Source: Candidatus Velthaea sp. (GTDB taxonomy: Bacteria; Vulcanimicrobiota; Vulcanimicrobiia; Vulcanimicrobiales; Vulcanimicrobiaceae). From it: a stretch of 33,293 bases of DNA. Each line of letters starts with the position of its first letter. Position 1 is the stretch's first letter. Under the pieces are notes generated by a model. It saw nothing but the letters and a program-made list of their open reading frames with translations, had not been told where the DNA came from and searched no databases. Both the position numbers and the translations under genes were made by a program. Positions 25,533 to 33,293 of this stretch are shown here, piece after piece. The stretch is from positions 1 to 33,293 of the forward strand of contig JBEKHC010000056.1 in NCBI GenBank assembly GCA_050012475.1, read 5' to 3'.

Positions 25533-27033
25533 TCGTTCTTTCCACAGCAGTTTGGCGCGGTTGCAGCCCGCGGGGAAGCGGGGCTTGGGCGGCAGACGCG
25601 CCGGTGAGGACGCGCGCCGCATCGGCCGCGAGGCCGGCCACCGGGGCCGGGTCGATGCCGAGCAGGACGAAGCCGATCACCAGCGGCGCAACGGCGAAGC
25701 CTTCGATCCAGGTGAGGTCGCTGCGTTCGGGCAGATCGGCCACCTTCGGTCCGTTCATGATGCCTTGGAAGAGCCGCAGCATGTACCCGGCCGCGATCAC
25801 GATCGGGATGAGCGCGACGAGCGCCGCGATCCCGAAACCGGCGTGATACAGGCCGGCCAGGATCAGCAGCTCGCCGGCAAACCCGGCCAAACCCGGCAAA
25901 CCCAGCGCCGCGAGCGCGGCGAGCATCAGCGCGCCGCCGAGCCGCGGATTGTCGTACGCGAGGCCGCCCAGGCGCTGGAGCGAGCGCGTTTCCTCGCGCG
26001 ACTCGACGTAGCCCAACACCAGGAACAGCGCGGCGCTGAACAAACCGTGGGCGACGATGTAGACCACCGTTCCCGCGATCGCCAGCGGGTCGAAGCTGAA
26101 AATCCCGATCAGCATCAGCCCCAGATGCGAGAGCGAACTGTACGCTACGATCCGTTTGGCGTCGGTTTGCGTCAAGGAGATCAGCGCGCCGTACAGCAGG
26201 CTGATCAGTCCCAGCGCGACCATCAGCGGCGTCGCAGCGCGCATCTGCTCGGCAAAGAACGGCAGCCCGATCACGATGAAGCCGTAGAGCCCGGCCTTCG
26301 ATTGCACGGCGCTCACGACGGCGACGACCGGCGGCGGCAATTCGCCGTACGTCGCCGGCATCCAGGTGTGGAACGGGAAGACCGGCGTTTTGACCAAGAA
26401 CGCGAAAGCGAACCCGCTGAAGATCCAGGCGCCCCAAACGTTGCCGATCGTCACGCCGGCGTGCGGATTGCCGATCACGTCGGTCGAGCCGTTCACGACG
26501 CCGAACGCGGCGGTCGCCAAGAGCAAACACAGGCCGCCGGCCAGATTGTAAATCAGATAGCGCCAGGCCGCGGTTCCGGTGCGCCGCGGGCCGCCGCCGG
26601 GCGTGCCCCAGCCGATCATCAGCAGGAACACCGGGATCAGCATCAGGTCCCAAAACAAGGCGAAGAGCAGCAGATCCTTGGCGGCAAACACGCCGGTCAT
26701 CGCGCCCAGCAGCACGAGCATCTGCGCGGTGTACTCGCGCATGCGCGTTGCGCGGAGCGCGACGAGCGCGCTGAACGTCGCGACTTGCAGCAGCACGACG
26801 ATCCAGTACGAAATCGCGCTCAAGCCGAAGTGGAACGACGCGTCGAATGGCCGCGAGAGCCAGTGCAGCGAGTCGTCCGGCGCATGCGGATTGCCCAGCG
26901 TCAACACCAGCGCCAACGCGGCGACGATCGCCCCGATCCATTTGGCGGCGCCGTCGGCGCCTTTGGGCAGCGCGTAGAGCGCGAATCCGATCAAGATCGG
27001 CGCGACGACCAGCGCGGTCACCAGCCCGTTCAT
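25507..27033 (-). CDS. nuoM: NADH-quinone oxidoreductase subunit M
   Basis: LFWDLMLIPVFLL, VKTPVFPFHTWMP, KRIVAYSSLSHLG, GLPGLAGFAGE; start overlaps nuoL stop. Confidence 0.95.
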   Translation of the reverse strand: MNGLVTALVVAPILIGFALYALPKGADGAAKWIGAIVAALALVLTLGNPHAPDDSLHWLSRPFDASFHFGLSAISYWIVVLLQVATFSALVALRATRMREYTAQMLVLLGAMTGVFAAKDLLLFALFWDLMLIPVFLLMIGWGTPGGGPRRTGTAAWRYLIYNLAGGLCLLLATAAFGVVNGSTDVIGNPHAGVTIGNVWGAWIFSGFAFAFLVKTPVFPFHTWMPATYGELPPPVVAVVSAVQSKAGLYGFIVIGLPFFAEQMRAATPLMVALGLISLLYGALISLTQTDAKRIVAYSSLSHLGLMLIGIFSFDPLAIAGTVVYIVAHGLFSAALFLVLGYVESREETRSLQRLGGLAYDNPRLGGALMLAALAALGLPGLAGFAGELLILAGLYHAGFGIAALVALIPIVIAAGYMLRLFQGIMNGPKVADLPERSDLTWIEGFAVAPLVIGFVLLGIDPAPVAGLAADAARVLTGASAAQAPLPRGLQPRQTAVERTNVVASSIR

Positions 27034-29066
27034 GGATGCGTTCCGATCACGGCGTAGTACACCACGAAACAGGCGACCCCGAACACGATGTAGAGCGCGT
27101 ACCCGCGCACGAGGCCGGTTTGAAAGCTTCGGAAGAGGTGACCGAACCAGGTCGCCGAGTGGGCGACTTCGCGGACCCCGCCGTCGATGACCACCGGATC
27201 GACGATGGTGCCGCAAAACCGGCCGATCGCGACGGCCGGCTTCACGATCAACGCGTCGATCGCCGCATCGAAGTAGTAGGCGTTGGCCAACACCGGCGGC
27301 ATGTGCACGGTCTCAGCGCGCAGCCGCGCGACGCTATCGCTCAGCGCCGCCTTCGTTCCATAGCGCAGGTACGCGAGCGCAATGCCGACGGCAACGACGG
27401 CGAGCACGATCAGCCCCGATAGCAGTTCGGGGATCGGCGCGGCGGTTTCAGCGCCGGCCGCCGCATGCGGAAAGACCGGCGCGAAAAACGTGCGCCACGG
27501 ACTTTGCTCGCCGCCGATTGCCAACCAGCCGATGCCGATCGAAAACGGAATGAGCGCGATCACCGGCGCGCTCATGATCCAGGCCGGCGCGTGAGCCGCG
27601 TGGCCGTTGCCGTGCTCGTCGTGCTCCTCGGCGGCGTGCGCAGGCTGCGCCGATTGCGCCGTCCCGGCGAGTTCCGGATGACGGATTCCCAAATCCGAAA
27701 GGTCGACGTTCCCGCGATACTGACCGAAGAACGTGACGAACAACAAGCGGAACATATAGTAGGCGGTGATCCCCGCGGTGATCACGCCGACGGCATACAG
27801 CCACGGATGGCCGCTCGACAGCGTGTCGTACAGCACCGCATCTTTGCTGAAGTAGCCGCTGAAACCGGGGATGCCGCAGATCGCCAGCACGCCGACGAGG
27901 ATCGCGACGAAGGCGACCGGCATCTGTTTGCGCAGCCCGCCCATCCGGCGCACGTCCTGCTCGTTGGCCAAGTTGTGAATGATGATCCCCGAAGCCAAGA
28001 AGAGCTCGGCCTTGAAAAACGCGTGGGTGAAGAAGTGGAGCACGCCGGCGTCGAACGCGCCGACGCCCACCCCCATGATCATGTAGCCGATCTGCGACAT
28101 CGTCGAATAGGCCAAGATGCGCTTGATGTCCCATTGCGCGATACCCAGCACGGCTCCGGCGATCGCGGTGAGCGCACCGATCACGCCGACGAGTTCGCGC
28201 GCTTCGGCCGATGCGGTCCACAGCGGCGCGCAGCGCGCCACGAGATACACGCCCGCAGTGACCATCGTTGCTGCGTGGATGAGCGCGGAAACGGGGGTCG
28301 GACCCTCCATCGCGTCGGGCAGCCAGGTGTGCAGCGGAACCTGCGCCGATTTCGCCGCGCAGCCGACGAACAGGGCAACGCAGACCACGAACAGTTCCTG
28401 CGAGGTGAACGCGTGCGCGGCGTTACCGAACACGTCGCCGTAGCCGATCGAGCCGACCTTCGTCACGATCACCACGATCGCGAACAAGATCCCGACGTCG
28501 CCCAGCACGTTGATGACGAACGCTTTGCGCGCCGCCGCAACCGCCGACGGCCGCTCGAACCAAAAGCCGATCAGAAAATACGACGCCAAGCCGACGAGGC
28601 CCCAACCGACGAGCAAGCCGACGAAGTTGTCGGAAAGCACCAGCGTGAGCATCGCGAACACGAAAAAGTTCATGTACGCGAAGAACCGCGCGAAGGCGCG
28701 GTCGCCCGCCATGTAGCCGATCGAATACACGTGGATGAGGAAACCGACGCCGGTGATGATCAGCGTCCACACCAGCGCGAGCCGGTCAAAGAGCAGCCCG
28801 AACGCGAAGCCCGGCAGCCAGGAGAACATCGTCGCGTGCGCACCGCCAAGCGAACCGCTGATCTGCGTCGCATCGTTCCACGAAACGAGCGTGGCGATGA
28901 ACGACATGCCCAACAGGCCGGCGCCGATCGGGCCGCCGAACGAGCGCAGCTGCGGGCCGAACGCCCACAAGATGACCGCCCCCAAAAGCGGGAGCAGCCA
29001 AATGAGATACAGCAGCGGATAGACGCCGTAGATCCCCAAGGCGCTGTGGGTCATTGCCGCGTTCAT
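27030..29066 (-). CDS. nuoL: NADH-quinone oxidoreductase subunit L
   Basis: IHVYSIGYM, KSAQVPLHTWLPDAMEGPTPVSALIHAATMVTAGVYL, THAFFKA, GYFSKD; ATGA overlap with nuoK. Confidence 0.97.
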   Translation of the reverse strand: MNAAMTHSALGIYGVYPLLYLIWLLPLLGAVILWAFGPQLRSFGGPIGAGLLGMSFIATLVSWNDATQISGSLGGAHATMFSWLPGFAFGLLFDRLALVWTLIITGVGFLIHVYSIGYMAGDRAFARFFAYMNFFVFAMLTLVLSDNFVGLLVGWGLVGLASYFLIGFWFERPSAVAAARKAFVINVLGDVGILFAIVVIVTKVGSIGYGDVFGNAAHAFTSQELFVVCVALFVGCAAKSAQVPLHTWLPDAMEGPTPVSALIHAATMVTAGVYLVARCAPLWTASAEARELVGVIGALTAIAGAVLGIAQWDIKRILAYSTMSQIGYMIMGVGVGAFDAGVLHFFTHAFFKAELFLASGIIIHNLANEQDVRRMGGLRKQMPVAFVAILVGVLAICGIPGFSGYFSKDAVLYDTLSSGHPWLYAVGVITAGITAYYMFRLLFVTFFGQYRGNVDLSDLGIRHPELAGTAQSAQPAHAAEEHDEHGNGHAAHAPAWIMSAPVIALIPFSIGIGWLAIGGEQSPWRTFFAPVFPHAAAGAETAAPIPELLSGLIVLAVVAVGIALAYLRYGTKAALSDSVARLRAETVHMPPVLANAYYFDAAIDALIVKPAVAIGRFCGTIVDPVVIDGGVREVAHSATWFGHLFRSFQTGLVRGYALYIVFGVACFVVYYAVIGTHP

Positions 29067-29383
29067 CCGTGCAGCGTCGCAATCTCGTCGACGTCGACGT
29101 TCACCGCGCGCCGGAAGACGATGACGACGATCGCCAAGCCGATCGCCGCTTCCGCCGCGGCGACCGTGATCACCAAGAACGCGAAGATGTGGCCCGCGGC
29201 GTTGACCCAGGCTTTGGCATACGTGATCAGCGCGAGGTTGGCGGCGTTGAACATCAGCTCGATCGACATGAGCATGATGAGCGGGTTGCGCCGCACGATC
29301 ACGCCCAGCACGCCGAGAAAAAAGACGATGGCCGAGAGACCGATGTAATTTTCCATCGGAACGGCGAAGACGCTGGGACTCAT
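29063..29383 (-). CDS. nuoK: NADH-quinone oxidoreductase subunit K
   Basis: RRNPLIMLMSIELMFNAANL, VAAAEAAIGLAI. Confidence 0.97.
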   Translation of the reverse strand: MSPSVFAVPMENYIGLSAIVFFLGVLGVIVRRNPLIMLMSIELMFNAANLALITYAKAWVNAAGHIFAFLVITVAAAEAAIGLAIVVIVFRRAVNVDVDEIATLHG

Positions 29384-29988
29384 CGGGTAAGCGGCTCCTG
29401 AGGTTTGGCGATCGGCTCGCGCGCGGTGCCGCGTGCTTTGGGCCGGCGGCGGGCCGGCTCGTCGTCGCCGGCGAGCAAGACCACACCGATCACGGCCACC
29501 ATGAGCAGCAACGCGGTGACCTCGAACGGCAGCAAATTGGTGGTGAAGAGCGACTGACCGAAGTTGGCGACGCTGCCGAACACGTCGGCTTCGCCGGTGG
29601 CTCCGAGGGCGCCGGGACTGCCTGCGGCGATCGACGGCCGCGCCGCCAAGGGCACGCGCGCCGTGCCGTACACGATCGCGGCCAACGCGACGGCGCCGAT
29701 GACCAGCGCTGGAAGGAGCACCTTGGGCAGCCGGTTGGGGCCGACGTTAAACGGCTGCACGCCGCTGGAGAGCAGCGCGATGACGAACACGAACAAGATC
29801 AAAATCGCGCCGCTGTAAACGACGATCTGAATGACGGCCAGAAATTCGGCCTGCAGGGTGAGATACAGAATCGCCAGCGCGACGAAATTTCCCAGCAGCC
29901 CGACCACGCTGTAGACCGGCTTCTTGGCGGTTATCGTGAACACGCCGGTCCCGATCAGGGCCAACGCGAGCACCCAAAAAGCGATCAA
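29380..29988 (-). CDS. nuoJ: NADH-quinone oxidoreductase subunit J
   Basis: LQAEFLAVIQIVVYSGAILILFVFVI, LPFEVTALLLMVAVIG; TTG start overlapping the nuoI stop. Confidence 0.95.
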   Translation of the reverse strand: MIAFWVLALALIGTGVFTITAKKPVYSVVGLLGNFVALAILYLTLQAEFLAVIQIVVYSGAILILFVFVIALLSSGVQPFNVGPNRLPKVLLPALVIGAVALAAIVYGTARVPLAARPSIAAGSPGALGATGEADVFGSVANFGQSLFTTNLLPFEVTALLLMVAVIGVVLLAGDDEPARRRPKARGTAREPIAKPQEPLTR

Positions 29989-30587
29989 CCCGCGAGTCCT
30001 CGGCGATGATCTTTCAAATATTTACCGCGCGCGGTGGCCTCGTAGCCGGTCGCGATATCGACCGTCGATTTCTCGCGCGAGACCATGCCGAGATCCGAGG
30101 GGATCCCGTTGGGGCGCTCGTCGGGGGCCACGCCGACGCCCTCCTCCGCGGCGACCAGCAGCCGGTCTTTGGCGTACACGAAGGCGCCGCGCCGGTAATC
30201 GGCCATCTCGAAGCGCGGGGTGAGGACGATCGCGTCGGTCGGACACGCTTCCTCGCACAACCCGCAAAAGATGCAGCGCAACTCGTCGATCTCGTAGCGC
30301 GCGGCGTACCGTTCGCCCGGCGAATGCCGGTCTTCGGGCGTGTTCTCCGCGCCGATGACGGTGATCGCGTTGGCCGGGCAGGCGATCGCGCACAATTCGC
30401 AGCCGATGCAGCGCTCCTTGCCGTCGGCATACCGGCGCAGTTCGTGCAAGCCATGAAAACGCGGCGCGTGCTGCTTCTTCACCGACGGATATTCGATCGT
30501 CGGCTTCTTATAGAAAAAATACGAAAACGTGGTGCGGAAGCCGTTGAAGAGCGCGCCGACGTTAAAAAGATTTTTACGCATGGTCAT
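29985..30587 (-). CDS. nuoI: NADH-quinone oxidoreductase subunit I (2x[4Fe-4S])
   Basis: ERCIGCELCAIACP and RCIFCGLCEEACP ferredoxin motifs; ATGA overlap with nuoH stop. Confidence 0.97.
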   Translation of the reverse strand: MTMRKNLFNVGALFNGFRTTFSYFFYKKPTIEYPSVKKQHAPRFHGLHELRRYADGKERCIGCELCAIACPANAITVIGAENTPEDRHSPGERYAARYEIDELRCIFCGLCEEACPTDAIVLTPRFEMADYRRGAFVYAKDRLLVAAEEGVGVAPDERPNGIPSDLGMVSREKSTVDIATGYEATARGKYLKDHRRGLAG

Positions 30588-31600
30588 CCGTTCGTGGGCC
30601 AAAAGGCGACGACGATCGCGGTCAACACCAGATTGAGCGTGGCCGCGGGCAACAGAACCTTCCAACCGAAGTCCATCAGGCGGTCGTACCGGAAGCGCGG
30701 CAGCGTCGTGCGCAGCCAGATGTAGAAAAACAAGAATCCACCGGCCTTGAGCAAGAACCAGATCAGGCCCGGAATGAACGTCAGCCCGAACAGCGCGTTC
30801 CAGCCGCCGAGAAACAGCAGCGTCGCCAAGCACGAGACCGTGATCATGTTCAAGTACTCGGCGATGAAGAACAAGCCGAACCTCAGGCCGGAGTATTCGG
30901 TGTGGAAACCGCCGACGAGTTCGGTCTCCGCCTCGACGAGATCGAACGGCGCGCGATTGGTTTCGGCGACGGCGGTGATCACGTAGATGATGAAGCCCAG
31001 AATCTGCGGGACGACGAACCAGATGCGGTACTGGGCGTGGACGATGCCCATGAGCGAGGTCGTCCCGGCCAAGATCAGCACGCCGATCACCGACATCGTC
31101 ATCGACAACTCGTAACTGATCATCTGGGCGGTCGCGCGCACGCTGCCCAACAGCGGAAACTTCGAGCCCGACGACCAGCCGGCGAGTGAGATGCCGTAAA
31201 TTCCGATCGAGGTCAGCGCGAAGACGAACAGGATGCCGGCATTGACGTCGCCGATCGAACCGAACCAACCCGTGCCCGAGGGCTCGGCGAACGGAATGAC
31301 GGCGAACACGCCCATCGCGGTGATGAGCGAGATGAACGGTGCGAGCTTATAGATCAGCGGATCCGCGGTGTTGGGGGTGAGGTCTTCCTTGAACATCATC
31401 TTGACCGCGTCGGCGGCCGGCTGCAGCAGCCCCCACGGGCCGACCCGGTTGGGACCCGGACGCAGCTGCATCCAGCCCATGATTTTCCGTTCGAACAGCA
31501 TCGAATACGCGAACGTCGTGATGACGATCAGCAGCAGGATGCCGGATTTGATGAGCACGATGAGCCAGAACGGCACCGCTGACGTTAGCGCGGCATCCAT
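30584..31600 (-). CDS. nuoH: NADH-quinone oxidoreductase subunit H
   Basis: ERKIMGWMQLRPGPNRVG, AQMISYE, AETNRAPFDLVEAETELVGGFHTEYSG, LPRFRYDRLM. Confidence 0.98.
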   Translation of the reverse strand: MDAALTSAVPFWLIVLIKSGILLLIVITTFAYSMLFERKIMGWMQLRPGPNRVGPWGLLQPAADAVKMMFKEDLTPNTADPLIYKLAPFISLITAMGVFAVIPFAEPSGTGWFGSIGDVNAGILFVFALTSIGIYGISLAGWSSGSKFPLLGSVRATAQMISYELSMTMSVIGVLILAGTTSLMGIVHAQYRIWFVVPQILGFIIYVITAVAETNRAPFDLVEAETELVGGFHTEYSGLRFGLFFIAEYLNMITVSCLATLLFLGGWNALFGLTFIPGLIWFLLKAGGFLFFYIWLRTTLPRFRYDRLMDFGWKVLLPAATLNLVLTAIVVAFWPTNG

Positions 31601-31603
31601 CGG

Positions 31604-33292
31604 CTAGACCCCCGCCCCGGACACGGCCCGCGCCGCGGTTACCCTCACGGCGTTTGCGGCAAGCGCGTTCGCCGGCGCGTCCGGCAGACCGTCGACAATG
31701 GCGACCGCACCTTGCGGTACCCGTTCGGTCACCATAACGGACAGGTTTTCGAGCGACCCGAGGCCGCTCGCCGACGTGATATCGATCGAGCCGCCGTCGC
31801 TGACTCCCAGCGTAGCAGCGGTCTGCGGATGCAGCTTGGCGCGCGGCTCGGTGCGCAAGCCCGCGACGCGCTCGTCGAACGCCGACGTTCCCCCGCCGGT
31901 GAAGATCGCCGACTCGACGATGAGCCGGAGGTTGTCGCCCGCACTGGGGGCCGCCGAACTCGGCGCGGGCAGCGCACGCCCGTCGCGCGGCGCTTTGCCG
32001 GCCGCCGACGCAACGGCTTGCTCCAGTTCGACCGGATCGGGCAAGCCGACATCGAGAGCGTCGGCGAGCAGGACGAGCATGTCGCCGTCGGCCTTCGCCT
32101 CGCCAGGTGCAACGACCGAACCCATCACCGGCAGAACGTCGCCGGCGAGATCGATCGTCGTGCCGCTCTTCTCGAACGCCGAGCACGCCGGAAGGATCAG
32201 CGTCGCGCGTTGAGCCGTCTCGGTCATGAACAGCTCGCTCACGACGACGAACGGGATCTTCGCCAGCGCTGCATCGACCAGCGCCCGATCCGGATAGTGC
32301 AGCAGCGGATTTGCGCCGAAGATCGCGAGCACCGCAAGCTTGCCGTCACGCCCCGCTTCGAGCATCGCGCAAGTGTCCCAGCCGTTGCCGTGCGGCAGCA
32401 TGCCCACCGCTTCGGCGCCCCGCGCATTGGGCGCTTCACCCGGGATGAACAGGTTGACCGTCTTGCCGGCGTCGCGCAACGAATCGGCCAAAGCCAGCAG
32501 CGAACCGGCTTGCGCCGCTTCCGTTCCATCCCACACCAGCGCAATACGCTGCGCGTCGGCGGGCAGCGCTTCCTGCGCCTGCGCGACGGTCGCGACGACC
32601 TGCGAGGGGATGACTCGGCTCGCGAGATGATCGCCGATCGAAATGAGCGTCGCGCCTTTGCGCGCCACGGCTTTGCGGATCCGCAAATCAAGCACCGGAG
32701 CTAACTGCGCGGCGGAACGGCCGTACGTCACGATCGCCTGCGCGTTCTCGAGGTCGAGGTGACTTCCGCCCAGCGCACCCGGATGCGCGCGCAGCTGGCG
32801 CCCGGCGCGCCAGTCGAGGTTCTCGATCCCCTGCGCGCGGTGAATGTGCTGCAAGAGAAACGCTTCTTCATTGAGAAGCCGCCCGCCGCCGAGCACGCCG
32901 ACCGACTGTGGGCCGCCCGCAGCCAGCGCCGCCTTGAGTTTGGCGGCCCACAGCGCGATGGCATCGTCCCAGGCAAGCTGCGACCAGCTGCCGTTTTCTT
33001 GCTGCAGCGGTTGCGTGATGCGGCGCTCGTCGGCGACGTAGCCGACGTTGTACCGTCCGCGGTCGCACAGCCAGCCGTCGCTGATCTGATCGTCCGCTTC
33101 GACGCTCATCGTGCGCAGGATCGTGTTGCCGCGTTCGTCGACGTGCATTTGACAGCCCACGCTGCATTGCGTGCAGGTCGTGGTGGTGCGGTGGTTATCC
33201 CACGGCCGCGACTTGAAGCGATACGTTTTCGACGTCAGCGCGCCGACCGGGCACAGTTCGGTGACGTTGCCCGAGAAATCCGAGACATACGG
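31604..33292 (-). CDS. nuoG: NADH-quinone oxidoreductase subunit G, C-terminal part (5' truncated by window edge)
   Basis: Frame open from the window edge: FSGNVTELCPVGALTSK, RPWD, CTQCSVGC...WLCDRGR (N7-cluster motif), molybdopterin-oxidoreductase-like body; directly upstream of nuoH. Confidence 0.94.
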   Translation of the reverse strand, partial: PYVSDFSGNVTELCPVGALTSKTYRFKSRPWDNHRTTTTCTQCSVGCQMHVDERGNTILRTMSVEADDQISDGWLCDRGRYNVGYVADERRITQPLQQENGSWSQLAWDDAIALWAAKLKAALAAGGPQSVGVLGGGRLLNEEAFLLQHIHRAQGIENLDWRAGRQLRAHPGALGGSHLDLENAQAIVTYGRSAAQLAPVLDLRIRKAVARKGATLISIGDHLASRVIPSQVVATVAQAQEALPADAQRIALVWDGTEAAQAGSLLALADSLRDAGKTVNLFIPGEAPNARGAEAVGMLPHGNGWDTCAMLEAGRDGKLAVLAIFGANPLLHYPDRALVDAALAKIPFVVVSELFMTETAQRATLILPACSAFEKSGTTIDLAGDVLPVMGSVVAPGEAKADGDMLVLLADALDVGLPDPVELEQAVASAAGKAPRDGRALPAPSSAAPSAGDNLRLIVESAIFTGGGTSAFDERVAGLRTEPRAKLHPQTAATLGVSDGGSIDITSASGLGSLENLSVMVTERVPQGAVAIVDGLPDAPANALAANAVRVTAARAVSGAGV

Positions 33293-33293
33293 G

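Noticed and set aside
27590..27660. His-rich stretch in NuoL (HAAEEHDEHGNGHAAH)
   Set aside because: His-rich loops at this position are common in NuoL.
33040..33180. Extra CxxCxxxC...C cluster motif in NuoG
   Set aside because: This is the known N7 cluster motif found in E. coli/Thermus-type NuoG.

Overview
A high-GC bacterial window from an organism with an outer membrane (it encodes an OprB porin). It has two parts. (1) Positions ~1-23.6 kb are a dense catabolic region. A long minus-strand run encodes a ThDP enzyme of the acetolactate-synthase-like/cyanobacterial 2-oxoglutarate-decarboxylase type, Zn-ADH, PanE-like #2, VOC, MaoC, CaiB CoA-transferase, PanE-like #1, aroE, aroQ, Gfo/Idh/MocA and scpB. 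It is divergent from a clostridial-type abfD (4-hydroxybutyryl-CoA dehydratase) + cat2 (4-hydroxybutyrate CoA-transferase) pair. These are followed by an atypical SDR, OprB porin, TetR regulator, DHA2 MFS, LigI-like amidohydrolase and an acyl-CoA synthetase. (2) Positions ~24.1-33.3 kb are the 3' part of the complex I operon (nuoG partial, H, I, J, K, L, M, N). Most notable: a candidate 2-oxoglutarate -> succinic semialdehyde -> 4-hydroxybutyrate -> crotonyl-CoA module around a perfect 16-bp palindrome; an 83%-identical panE pair in which one copy has the catalytic Lys changed to Arg; three related CTAG-bounded hairpin (MITE-like) elements, two ending on TAG stop codons; and an unannotated 59-aa two-TM ORF 3 nt after nuoN. 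Functional calls rest on motif recognition only; no database searches were run.
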